Positions 9,749 through 19,038 of a DNA stretch of 64,000 bases are shown here, piece by piece. Source of the DNA: a virus; the IMG/VR virus record IMGVR_UViG_3300027759_003534, positions 1 to 64,000 of that record; one strand, written 5' to 3'. The translations under genes and the position numbers were made by a program. Numbering within the stretch: the first letter of the stretch is position 1; the number at the start of each line of letters is the position of its first letter. The notes below the pieces were generated by a model. It ran no database searches. It was not told where the DNA came from and was given only the letters and a program-made list of their open reading frames with translations.

Positions 9749-10620
9749 TTTATACCTCTTAGTTGTTTTTGCTTGCGTATGTATGCATCTCTAGAAACAT
9801 TGTCAGTATTATCAACTGACAATTCGAATGGCAATTTAAGATAAGCATAGCTATGGTCAATTCCGTGTTCCTGGGCAAATGCCTGTACATTGGGCAAGTC
9901 ATCAACATTTAATATGCTAACTGTAGTCCATAAATTTAATTTAACAGGCATGGTTTTATATTGCATTAAGTTAAGATAGAACGTTTCCCAAAGAATGGGC
10001 CACCTCATAAACTCATGTACTGGGCCAATACCGTCGCAACTTACAGTAACAGTAACTTCTATCCCATTGGCCGCAATATCTATTAACTCTTCCAATACTA
10101 CATTACAATTTGTGTTAAGCCTAAGTGTGCGTAGGTTTGGCGGCAAGTTTGCTAGTATTTTTTTATAATTTTTACTGTAACTAGGTTCGCCGCCATTGAT
10201 ATCTAAATGTACAATACGCTCTTGCGGTAAATCCCAAAAGCGATTACTATTATCTACTATAGGAAAAGTTTTACCGGTAAGAGAACCAATGCGTGTACTA
10301 CATTCTGGATTACAAGTTTGACAAGCAGCATTACAAATATTATCTAGCACACCGCCTACTTGTAGGTAATCTTGTTGAGTAGTTTGATTGTCTAACTGCA
10401 TGGCATACATACGTATGCTATTAGGCTCAGTTTCTTGACATCTTACACATTCACTAGGCCATTTGTTTGATAGCATTGTTGCTTTGATTTTTGACAGCCA
10501 CTCACTTGATTCCATATGTTCTAGTGATTCAAACTGTGGAGGTAGCACCATGTGACCACAGCGACTTACTGTGCCGTTAGGATTAAAACGCACAAAGTGG
10601 TCTAACCTAGGACAATGCAT
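9745..10620 (-). CDS. Radical SAM enzyme 3
   Basis: CNAACQTC...STR, INGGEPS, LNTN, SCDG; N-terminal Cys cluster. Confidence 0.85.
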   Translation of the reverse strand: MHCPRLDHFVRFNPNGTVSRCGHMVLPPQFESLEHMESSEWLSKIKATMLSNKWPSECVRCQETEPNSIRMYAMQLDNQTTQQDYLQVGGVLDNICNAACQTCNPECSTRIGSLTGKTFPIVDNSNRFWDLPQERIVHLDINGGEPSYSKNYKKILANLPPNLRTLRLNTNCNVVLEELIDIAANGIEVTVTVSCDGIGPVHEFMRWPILWETFYLNLMQYKTMPVKLNLWTTVSILNVDDLPNVQAFAQEHGIDHSYAYLKLPFELSVDNTDNVSRDAYIRKQKQLRGIN

Positions 10621-11266
10621 AAGTTGGATTTAATATTCGTTGACTACGCCCAATTACCCAATCGTATGCCGCAACATCTTGCGTGTGAATATGTTGAATT
10701 AATTGATTAAATTGCATGGATTGCCCTATACAATTTACTAAAAGTTGATCTATGCGATGATACATTTCGTTATTTGGCATATTGTTTATTTGAGCAATCA
10801 ATTGTTCTGACGCTGGCAATACACTGCCTGGCTTACGATGAATTTCTGTCAGGTCTATTAGTTGATCCATACCCAAAAAATTTAATTTAGTATCTTGGTG
10901 TAGATATCTTGCTAAATTTATCAACCACAAAAATTGTGGTGCATAATGACGATTTAAAAAAAGATAATTTTGAGCAAACCATAATACCGTTTTGCTATCA
11001 AGCTCGGGGTGGTCTCTTGACATCATTTGAACATAGGTATTAATTCCAGATATTAATCGTTGATGTGGTTCACGTAAAATTATATCAATTGCGTTAATTT
11101 TTTTTATTTGCTCATTAATTAAAATTTGACATTTGTATTTTTCAGCATGGTGGTATAAACTAGACCGACCATTTTTAAAAATAGGATACACATACCGCTG
11201 TGAGGGTGTAACTTCAATAACCTCACAGCGATCTGGAAATATAATGCAATCTAAATGCGATAACAT
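10607..11266 (-). CDS. Sulfotransferase-like protein (Sulfotransfer_2 type)
   Basis: PIFKNGRSSL resembles the 5'-PSB loop and ILREPHQRLISG the 3'-PB motif; RHYAPQ resembles H..PQ. Confidence 0.6.
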   Translation of the reverse strand: MLSHLDCIIFPDRCEVIEVTPSQRYVYPIFKNGRSSLYHHAEKYKCQILINEQIKKINAIDIILREPHQRLISGINTYVQMMSRDHPELDSKTVLWFAQNYLFLNRHYAPQFLWLINLARYLHQDTKLNFLGMDQLIDLTEIHRKPGSVLPASEQLIAQINNMPNNEMYHRIDQLLVNCIGQSMQFNQLIQHIHTQDVAAYDWVIGRSQRILNPTYALS

Positions 11267-11269
11267 TAC

Positions 11270-12253
11270 TCAGGCCTTTTGACGTGCCCTAATCATTGCC
11301 AAGATGTCTTGTGCTTTGTCTGTAGAAGGTTTAGCTTCTACAGGAGCCGTTGCTACTGCTGGCTCTTCATCATCAAAGTCACTCGATGCCGATGGTGCTG
11401 GTGTACTTGCTACCTGTGGTGCTGGTGTACTTGCCACTGTTGGAGCACTTGAACCTGCTGGTGCTGACACTCCTGCTGGGCGGAAATACTGACCCCAACG
11501 TTCTGTGTCATAGCTTTGACCGTCAACACTTGCTTCAAACATTTCTTTGATTACTCGAACTTCTGCTTCGGTGGGTTTCTTAGGCAAGAATGTTGAGAGA
11601 TCAAATAAACCATGTTCAGCAATGGCCGCTTGTTCAGCTTCTGTAAGTGCTGTTTCTTTACGTGACCATTTACTTCCAGAGTAGTCAGCAAATCCACCTT
11701 TGCTTGCTTTACTAATACGGAAATCCAAGCCACGCATCAAGTCTGTTGGCAATTCTTCCAACTCTGGGTCCATCAATGCTGATTTAATAGTAGTAAAGAT
11801 TTGAGGACCAATGATGAATCTACGGATTGGGTTTGCCGGAGCTTTGTCGTCAGCAATTGGATTCTCACGAACAAAGCCTTGGAAAATGTAACTGCGTTTT
11901 TTCCAATATTTACGACCCATTTCTTCTAGACTCTTGTCTTTGAACCAAGTGCGAACTTCTGTAAGCACTGGACAAGTTTCTTGCCACATTTCCATACACG
12001 GAATCTGGACATAAACTTGTTTGGATTCCATCTCGCCTTTGATTCCATTGAATGGGAGGCGCAACATGGCACGCTCTTGCCAAAAGAATGTATTCTTTGT
12101 ATTGCCATCAGGTAAAAAACGAACCGTGCATGATTCACCTTCTTGAATATTCCAATGAGGATATATTGAGTTGTCTCCACCTGTGGATTGACCGCCGCCT
12201 TGTTTATTCTCGCTGGCAGCGAGTCTTGCTCTAATTTCCGATAAGCTAGCCAT
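11270..12253 (-). CDS. 32: Single-stranded DNA-binding protein gp32
   Basis: VRFLP, CPV....R.W.K, WKK.SY..., G.DF.I.K..KGGF.DY..S.W, and an acidic Ala/Pro-rich tail. Confidence 0.92.
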   Translation of the reverse strand: MASLSEIRARLAASENKQGGGQSTGGDNSIYPHWNIQEGESCTVRFLPDGNTKNTFFWQERAMLRLPFNGIKGEMESKQVYVQIPCMEMWQETCPVLTEVRTWFKDKSLEEMGRKYWKKRSYIFQGFVRENPIADDKAPANPIRRFIIGPQIFTTIKSALMDPELEELPTDLMRGLDFRISKASKGGFADYSGSKWSRKETALTEAEQAAIAEHGLFDLSTFLPKKPTEAEVRVIKEMFEASVDGQSYDTERWGQYFRPAGVSAPAGSSAPTVASTPAPQVASTPAPSASSDFDDEEPAVATAPVEAKPSTDKAQDILAMIRARQKA

Positions 12254-12258
12254 TTTAT

Positions 12259-12312
12259 GTTGCCTTTCTAAGTTGATTAAAATGTTGATTTAAGTTGCCT
12301 TAAATGTTGCCT
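12259..12312 (-). repeat. Short-repeat leader of gp32 (3x AGGCAAC, 2x AATCAAC)
   Basis: + strand GTTGCCT at 12259, 12294, 12306 and GTTGATT at 12272, 12284, directly 5' of the gp32 ATG. Confidence 0.75.
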
Positions 12313-13055
12313 TACGACTTATTATACACTATGTCGTCAGTGTTTACTACTAAACTGGTTAAATTGCTTTTACAATTATCATCATGATATCTTTTATAAT
12401 TATTTGCTCCAATCATTTTTTCACAATGTGGACATTTAATTTTTTTAAACCTTGTATGTTGCCAACGCAATCGCATACGTGTTGCTTGCTCTGCTTTGCG
12501 ATCATCTGTCCAATTTTCTTTACTGGTGACGCTTATCCTTGCCCGCTCTTCTGGTCGTTTCATTGGGTGATTTTCTCCTAATGCTAATTGACCTTGTCTA
12601 ATCTTTTCCTGGACTTCTGGGCGACTTGCTGGATTATCAGTTCGCATCCTTTCTTGTCGTTTCTCTAATGCACCAGGTTGTGTATGGATATAATTATTTT
12701 TGCCACCTAATGCTCTTTTAGCTTTTTCTGGATCAATTCGAGCCCAATGTTGATCACCTTTTTGCAAGTAAGGTGCCATACTGTAATGTGTGTTTAACCA
12801 CCGATCAGTGCCAACAACGTTTATCCGTTTTAATACACGATGTTCCCAAAGTCTTGCTGACAATTCATTATTAAACACTTTTCTAATTTGTTTAACCGTA
12901 GGTTCACCATGTTTGATAACAAATTCTTTTACTTTTTTGGAAGATGTAAAATATGTAACCCAAAAATCACTAGGATTGCATTTTTTAGAATAACGGACGC
13001 CGTAATAATAAGTGTTTAACTTGGGCCATCCAATAAGATATGTATATGGTTGCAT
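12312..13055 (-). mobile_element. Free-standing GIY-YIG homing endonuclease (Seg-like) with NUMOD3-type repeats
   Basis: YTYLIGW...YYYGVR (GIY-YIG), Y.TSS..V, WE.RVL, NPASRPEV / HPMKRPE repeats, C-terminal CPHC zinc ribbon. Confidence 0.85.
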
Positions 13056-13062
13056 TTAATAA

Positions 13063-13139
13063 GTTGCCTGTTTACTGCTGGTTGCCTGTGTAGAGTATGC
13101 ATTATTACATACTCTACTATTTATTACAAGTACTATTTA
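13063..13139 (-). promoter_or_regulatory. Two tandem late-type promoters, a 10-bp hairpin and 2x AGGCAAC upstream of the GIY-YIG gene
   Basis: TAAATA at 13134-13139 and 13118-13123; inverted repeat GTAGAGTATG (13090-13099)/CATACTCTAC (13108-13117); GTTGCCT at 13063 and 13081. Confidence 0.65.
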
Positions 13140-13164
13140 TGACACGGTTGTTCAGATTGTAGAA

Positions 13165-15351
13165 TTACTTGTTCAATCCAGACAATTCTTTGAGCCGATC
13201 CAAAAAGCTCAAGTCTTTGGCCACTGGTTTCATTTTGCCTGAATGTCCATATTGTCCTGCTAGTGGACTAGCATCATCGGATCCCCAGCACTCTTCTACA
13301 CCATGCACTGGGCATGATTCGCCAGATTCGGTCATATTGCAAGTGGCATCATCAAACAAGTCAGCATCACTTTCGTTGGTTTCTTCTTTCTCTTTGCCGC
13401 CTAGTTTATCACCAATCATTTGACCAGCTGTTCCACCTAATGCTCCGCCTACTGCAGCACCAATTGGGCCGCCTACTGCTCCTAACGCACCGCCGGCCAA
13501 TGTTCCGACTGTGCCTCCGGCTAACTGACCTTTCCAACCTTCATCAGTTTCTTCGGCTTCGTCTGTTATGTTGTCGCCGGCTATAGCACCAAGTAGTCCT
13601 CCACCAATCGCGCCTGGTAATCCAAACAACGAGCCTCCTAATGCGGCACCACCAACGCCGCCGGCAAGGCCGCCAATAATACCTTCGTCGGTTTCTTCTG
13701 GAGCCATACCAGCTAGCTCACGCATTCTACTCTTTTCTTCAGCATAGTCACCGTGTTCAACGCTTTCGCGTTCCATGCCATAATCTTCGTCTGGGTTACC
13801 GCCCACAATGCCGCCACCTGACAAGTGACTTTCTAAATTTTTTGCTACCCACTCCATTGGATCGCCATCACGTGCCTTTTGTGTGCCGTAAGGAATCTCA
13901 CCAGCATCGTTCCAATAGTCAAACAGGGCATGATATAAGTCATCATCCAGATCACCTGCTTGTTCAAACTTCTTGACTTCGTGTTTGAAACGATTTAGGA
14001 TATGATCAATGGTTTCGCCTGTGGCATCCATTAGACGGCTTTCGTTCATGGGCTCAAGGTCAGCAGGGTTAGTTGCTTCTGGAGGATTCATTTCAGCTGT
14101 AGGATCAATGTTCAATTGTTCAATAACTTTACGCACATCTGGATCGTTGCTTAACATCTGCATGCGATCAAAGATGACTTGGCGAGCATCGGCATTGGCA
14201 TCGCGCTCGGCCAACTCTTCTAATCGATCAAACAATTCGTCGTCGCCTAGGAGATCATACAATTGTTCTGTGACATTAGTAGCGTCAGCGCCCACTGGCA
14301 AGTCTGTGCTCATGAGTTCAAGCAATTCTGCTTGTTTTTCTGGAGTGTCTGGCAACTGCCATGTTCCTTCTACCAGGCGCTCGGCCCAGGCTTCAAATAT
14401 GTTGGCTTCTTTCATTGCTGTTCCTTGTTGTTGTATTTTTGCCAGCAGGGGAAGTGCTGACTCAATTCTTGTGTCAATGCTTTGCTTGACAAAAAGATTT
14501 TTTAAACTTTCAATCACCACATCCTGCTCACTGATATTTGCAGGTTGCCATGATTCAAAATATTTTGTATATCCAGTACGAGTTCCAAGGCCTTTAAGAC
14601 TGCGTTGTAGATTTGATTGATACTGTTGTACCTGTTCTACTAGCTGTGCTGTGTCGCCTTCAAAAATTTGCCCTGTGTTGGCTCTACGGAAACGGCTTAG
14701 TACTGCTAATTCTGTGACCATTTCTGCAATGTGATTGCCACGTGGATCATAAGGGCGGCCACCTTGGCGTACATGCTCTAACATGGCACGGCCAGCAGTC
14801 AAGCTGGTAAATGGTAACTTGTAACGTTCACTATCAGCAGTTTCAATAAACAAACTTTCAATGTGACGGAAACGTGCATCACCTTCGCCAATGGTTTTCT
14901 TGTGGCGGATCATGAGTCTAGCTTCAGTTGCGGCGCCATTCCAACTGGTGGTACGGTTGCCTGTCCAGGATTCAAACAGGCCTTCTTTAATAGCAGCTTG
15001 ACCTTGCATGCTGTAACGCAGACGATTCAAGTTCTTGATGCCAAAACTCATAAAATTACGAGTGGCAAAATTCTTCAATTGTTCAAGGAAAGCAAACCAG
15101 TCATTTTTGTCATCACCTTCCATGCTGCGACCCACATTGTCGCTACAGTAAATTTCAAGGTCATTGTCATTGCCCAGCATGACGACTACTGTGCCATAAT
15201 CTTTGCCCGATCTAGCACGGAAATCAAAACTGAATATTTCAGCTTCTGCAGGGTCTGGTGCAGGACGGCCTGAACTGTCCAACATTTCTGGGTCAAAATC
15301 TCTGCTGATCAATAGATCAAATAGTTTGCGAGCGGGTGTAATATCTGCCAT
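13165..15351 (-). CDS. Large hypothetical (probable virion/internal head) protein with glycine-zipper segments
   Basis: 728 aa. Two GG.AGG..GA..G zipper stretches near the C-terminus separated by acidic EETDEG motifs. Late-type promoter TAAATA at 15359-15364. Confidence 0.6.
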   Translation of the reverse strand: MADITPARKLFDLLISRDFDPEMLDSSGRPAPDPAEAEIFSFDFRARSGKDYGTVVVMLGNDNDLEIYCSDNVGRSMEGDDKNDWFAFLEQLKNFATRNFMSFGIKNLNRLRYSMQGQAAIKEGLFESWTGNRTTSWNGAATEARLMIRHKKTIGEGDARFRHIESLFIETADSERYKLPFTSLTAGRAMLEHVRQGGRPYDPRGNHIAEMVTELAVLSRFRRANTGQIFEGDTAQLVEQVQQYQSNLQRSLKGLGTRTGYTKYFESWQPANISEQDVVIESLKNLFVKQSIDTRIESALPLLAKIQQQGTAMKEANIFEAWAERLVEGTWQLPDTPEKQAELLELMSTDLPVGADATNVTEQLYDLLGDDELFDRLEELAERDANADARQVIFDRMQMLSNDPDVRKVIEQLNIDPTAEMNPPEATNPADLEPMNESRLMDATGETIDHILNRFKHEVKKFEQAGDLDDDLYHALFDYWNDAGEIPYGTQKARDGDPMEWVAKNLESHLSGGGIVGGNPDEDYGMERESVEHGDYAEEKSRMRELAGMAPEETDEGIIGGLAGGVGGAALGGSLFGLPGAIGGGLLGAIAGDNITDEAEETDEGWKGQLAGGTVGTLAGGALGAVGGPIGAAVGGALGGTAGQMIGDKLGGKEKEETNESDADLFDDATCNMTESGESCPVHGVEECWGSDDASPLAGQYGHSGKMKPVAKDLSFLDRLKELSGLNK

Positions 15352-15372
15352 GGTCTATTATTTATCGCATTA

Positions 15373-16482
15373 CTATCGCATTACACTGATGAAAGGCATG
15401 GGGGCAATTATAGCATCTCCGTGATCTCTCAGCTGATTATCAATGGTGGTATCGTAGGTTTGTAACAGTTGCATCATACGTACATTTAGCAGGGTAGCCA
15501 TGACCAAATCGTCAGTTTCCCCAGGTTTTGCCGCATAACTTACGCCATGTGCCACAAAGTTTTTGAGCTCGCTAACCAGGCTAGGACTGCGAATTTTCAT
15601 TTTTCCTGATTCTATTAAAGATTTAAGTTTGCTACAAGCAGTCAATTTATTTTTGTTAGTGGTGTTAAATCCTTTGCGATACCTACGACTTCCGCCAGCA
15701 CCGGCGTTGGGATCACTTAAAAAATAGCCCTGGATATTTTCTTCGCCATACTGAGAAATACTGATCAAGGCAGCTTCTCCAATGGTATTGTTCTCCACAC
15801 TGAAATAAACACTTTGTACGTCCTTGACTGTGTCAGTGATATGTTTGCAAATGTCTGCTAAGATACGCACCTGCTCAGGAATTGGTGTACGATTGTGTCG
15901 CCATTCTGCCACTTGTTCTGTAGTATTGGCTTCAAATACCTGGATAGCTGCTGGGTCGCCACCAGTGCCAAGGCTGGGATCCAAGGATACCACATAGGTT
16001 CGGCCAGCACGAGGAGTTTGGAACCAGCGTACTTGACCGGTTCTGTACAAGGGTTCGTGTCCTTGTAGATCTATCAGTTTAGTTGGGGCAATAAGTGTTT
16101 CATCATTTATAATAAATTCACAGTTTGAAACTAAAATATCATTGGCAAAAAATCTACGATTATTTTTTACATTTAACAAATCATATACAGTACTGGTACT
16201 ATCTAGTGTAACACTTACTACTTTTTGCAATCCTGATGCAGTGTATATTTGTGTGCCAACTCGAAGTTGACTAACTGGAATCATATCAAACTTGTTGGTA
16301 TAAATTTTATGATCCAAGGTAGCTTTGATAGAGGTATTGGTCAATTGTAATAAGGCTATCTGTTTTGACCCTTTATCAAGTAATCCTTCAAAATCACTCC
16401 AGCCAGTATCAGTTAGTACTTGTAATCCTAAATTATTTTCTAGTAAGTCTGCCACGAGCAAATCCTTTAGGTTGTTGGTCAA
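15373..16482 (-). CDS. 17: Split intein C-fragment fused to terminase large subunit C-terminal (nuclease) half
   Basis: Intein block B TLDH, block F VYDLLNV, terminal VSN|CEF at 16123/16122. Then TerL nuclease motifs VSLDPSLGTGGD, VENNTIG and DDLVMA. No ATG: start is TTG 16482 or GTG 16455 (AAGGA 7 nt upstream). Confidence 0.92.
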   Translation of the reverse strand: MTNNLKDLLVADLLENNLGLQVLTDTGWSDFEGLLDKGSKQIALLQLTNTSIKATLDHKIYTNKFDMIPVSQLRVGTQIYTASGLQKVVSVTLDSTSTVYDLLNVKNNRRFFANDILVSNCEFIINDETLIAPTKLIDLQGHEPLYRTGQVRWFQTPRAGRTYVVSLDPSLGTGGDPAAIQVFEANTTEQVAEWRHNRTPIPEQVRILADICKHITDTVKDVQSVYFSVENNTIGEAALISISQYGEENIQGYFLSDPNAGAGGSRRYRKGFNTTNKNKLTACSKLKSLIESGKMKIRSPSLVSELKNFVAHGVSYAAKPGETDDLVMATLLNVRMMQLLQTYDTTIDNQLRDHGDAIIAPMPFISVMR

Positions 16483-16972
16483 CTACAAAATATTTTTCTT
16501 CAACGCCGTTGTTATACCAGGCCTTACCCGTGGCTGCACCAATTTTACCCTTGCTATTTTTACTAATATTGGCATTTCGGATAGGATCAGAATATACAGC
16601 GGCCATTTTTTCTTTATATTCTGTAGTGGATCTCATTTTTTCTTTGGTTGCTCGTTCTTCAGCTGACCATTTAGTGCCTTTCTTGCGTCCACCTACACCT
16701 GGGCGTTTAACACCTCTGTTAGGTGCCGGCTTTCCAAACATTGGATTTTTGTTTCCTTTTTTGCCTTCTGATAACAAAGTGTATATAATTTCAGCGTGGG
16801 GCATGATGCCTGCAAGACCAAGCCATGCTACTTTGTCTTGAGTATGCCCGTGTGTTTCATATAATAACCGATGTGCTTCTGCATGTTCTTCTACAGTAAG
16901 TTCTACAAGATTAGATGGGTCGTTGGATCCGCCCATGTATTTAGGAATAATATGATGTTTATGTTTTTTCAT
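16433..16972 (-). mobile_element. Free-standing HNH homing endonuclease between the terminase halves
   Basis: HKHHIIPKYMGGSNDPSNLVELTVEEHAEAH (beta-beta-alpha-metal), NUMOD3-like KGNKNPMFGK, C-terminal WYNNG...GF.RGR. Own TAAATA motif at 16978-16983. Confidence 0.88.
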
Positions 16973-16976
16973 AAAC

Positions 16977-17912
16977 TTATTTAGTTGTCATTGATGATAA
17001 ACTCAGCATTTCTTTTAATTCATTGATAGTTTTTTTAAATATTTTTCCAGAACAATCTTTAAGAGTTAACACTGAATCTGGTGATAGACAACCCATCTCT
17101 CGACGGAAGCGGTCTTCGCCTAGCTGTGCTCGCTGTGCTATAGCCCAGGCTTCGTCACGATCTGGATGTTCATTCCAAAAACTACGGAATGCTTTGAATC
17201 CGTTGACCCCTACTGCGGTTGGATTGCCATAGCTGTCCTCGCACTTGTTGGCGCCTTTCCATAGTAGAGCAAATTGATCTTCGTCTGAGTTTGGTGTTGA
17301 TGTAATAATACATTTACCACCAGTGGCCAAGGTAGGACTAATGGAAGTCCAGAATTCACTGGCCACACCGGGGCGTACAAACGCAAACTCGTCAGCGTAC
17401 AGCAAGGATAGACTCATACCACGACCAGTATTTTCTGTGGTTGTCGCTGATACAATACGGCTGCCGTTTTCAAAGTCCAAGTTACCTTTGTTGTAACTGG
17501 TCACGCCTGCACGGATAAAATCTGGACAATCCTCGTAGGCATATCTGATACGTTGCATGATCTCTTGAGAACCAGTGTACTTGTGAGCTGCAATAAGGAT
17601 TGTGGAATCTGGTACAAACATAGCGTACCATAACAAGTAACCAGCGGCACTGGTACTCTTACCTGTTTGTCGCGGCATCATTGAGATTGAAAAACGATTT
17701 TCGTGGTAAACATCAATCAGGCGTTTTTGATAATCATAGGGATGATACATCATCTTGCCTTGAGTTGGGTGTTGTATATAAAAATAGTTGTCCATAAAAT
17801 ACGCCGGTCCGGACACAGGATCAGCACATTTTACAAACTCTGCTAACTGATCGTCAGTAAAGGTTGTATTTTTGTAAGGAGTTTTAACTAGATTTAATTG
17901 ATCTTTACTCAT
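16977..17912 (-). CDS. 17: Terminase large subunit N-terminal (ATPase) half fused to a 37-aa split intein N-fragment
   Basis: Walker A PRQTGKST, Walker B LLYADEFAF, TSTPN, RFRREMG|CLSPDS. Intein Cys1 codon at 17090-17088. Confidence 0.93.
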   Translation of the reverse strand: MSKDQLNLVKTPYKNTTFTDDQLAEFVKCADPVSGPAYFMDNYFYIQHPTQGKMMYHPYDYQKRLIDVYHENRFSISMMPRQTGKSTSAAGYLLWYAMFVPDSTILIAAHKYTGSQEIMQRIRYAYEDCPDFIRAGVTSYNKGNLDFENGSRIVSATTTENTGRGMSLSLLYADEFAFVRPGVASEFWTSISPTLATGGKCIITSTPNSDEDQFALLWKGANKCEDSYGNPTAVGVNGFKAFRSFWNEHPDRDEAWAIAQRAQLGEDRFRREMGCLSPDSVLTLKDCSGKIFKKTINELKEMLSLSSMTTK

Positions 17913-17913
17913 G

Positions 17914-19038
17914 TTAAATTAACTTGTAAATTTCTGGCCATAACTTTTTAAATTGGCCTGTTTGATCTGTGTGATATGTATTTTCAATTTCTACTATATG
18001 GTCGTGTAAACCTGATCTTAGATCATCGTTACCACTAACAATGTGTTGTACATTTTCAAAAAATTGACGCTCATTGTCTAAAGCAATGTTGGCTTTTAAT
18101 AAATTTTCAATCTCGTTACGTGCCAGTTGTGCGATTTCTGGGCCTAATTTTACAGGATCTAAATAATCAGGTTGATATAAACTTTGCCAGTGTATTGTTA
18201 AATTTTGTTCTCTGGCAAAGTTGGTAAGTTCAATCACACGAGTAGCATTGTACAAATTGTAAACTGCATGTATGCCGCCCCATTGACCTTTTTGCATAAG
18301 ATTCTGTATGATATCAAGATTTTTTTCTAATAATGCCCAGGATCCGCCGTGGCGAACATATTCAAAATGTGATCCTATATTATCAAAACTCATTGACCAG
18401 CCAACTTTGGGCCTGTTGATTAACTTGCTGAATACTCGATTGTTATCTAACTCAACATTCATGTTAGTAATCAACGTAACCAGACAATCTTCAGGAATCA
18501 CATCAAGTAGCCGAGTATTTTCAGGTAAGAGCAAGGGTTCGCCGCCAACTAGTACCACTTCTTTGATGCTTGATTTGTGTGTTTCTAAATAATCACACAC
18601 TTGTTCATAGTAGGGTCGTGCTCCAGACTTGAACGGAATATGTTTAAGAGCTGCCCATTTTGAACTGCATTTGTCACCACAATAGTTACAGCTGAGATTA
18701 CAAGTGGTATTCCAGCGTACATCAACTATCACCGGCTGATGTTCAGTTAAACTGGCTGTGGTAGGATCAAACTCAGGACTGACATTGTTGTGCCAGTCTC
18801 GTTCACTGCGCCCGTAGCGTTCTGATTGCACACAATTGTAACAATATTTTGCATGTGGTTGTCCTTGACTGATACTTTGCCTAATCTCCTGCATAACAGG
18901 CCCATGTAAGATTTGTTCAATAGTTTGAGTGTTGAGATTGCCCAACATGTTAGGATCGCCGGCACAGCAGGTTTTAACGTCACCGTTTGGGTTGATATGT
19001 AGGCCGCGCCATGGAGCGGCGCAATAAAAATTGCTCAT
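17914..19038 (-). CDS. Radical SAM enzyme 4
   Basis: CNLSCNYC...CSSKW, LVGGEPL, ITN; N-terminal YCAAPW..CC..C..C. Confidence 0.88.
   Translation of the reverse strand: MSNFYCAAPWRGLHINPNGDVKTCCAGDPNMLGNLNTQTIEQILHGPVMQEIRQSISQGQPHAKYCYNCVQSERYGRSERDWHNNVSPEFDPTTASLTEHQPVIVDVRWNTTCNLSCNYCGDKCSSKWAALKHIPFKSGARPYYEQVCDYLETHKSSIKEVVLVGGEPLLLPENTRLLDVIPEDCLVTLITNMNVELDNNRVFSKLINRPKVGWSMSFDNIGSHFEYVRHGGSWALLEKNLDIIQNLMQKGQWGGIHAVYNLYNATRVIELTNFAREQNLTIHWQSLYQPDYLDPVKLGPEIAQLARNEIENLLKANIALDNERQFFENVQHIVSGNDDLRSGLHDHIVEIENTYHTDQTGQFKKLWPEIYKLI

Noticed and set aside
12321-12350. TATAAT inside the GIY-YIG 3' end as a sigma70 promoter for gp32
   Set aside because: The -10 is perfect but there is no recognisable -35 or TG extension at the right spacing; plausible but unsupported.
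16433-16976. HNH region as a group I intron in terL
   Set aside because: No group I core elements were recognised, and the flanks already form complete IntN/IntC termini in separate ORFs. It cannot be fully excluded without RT-PCR.
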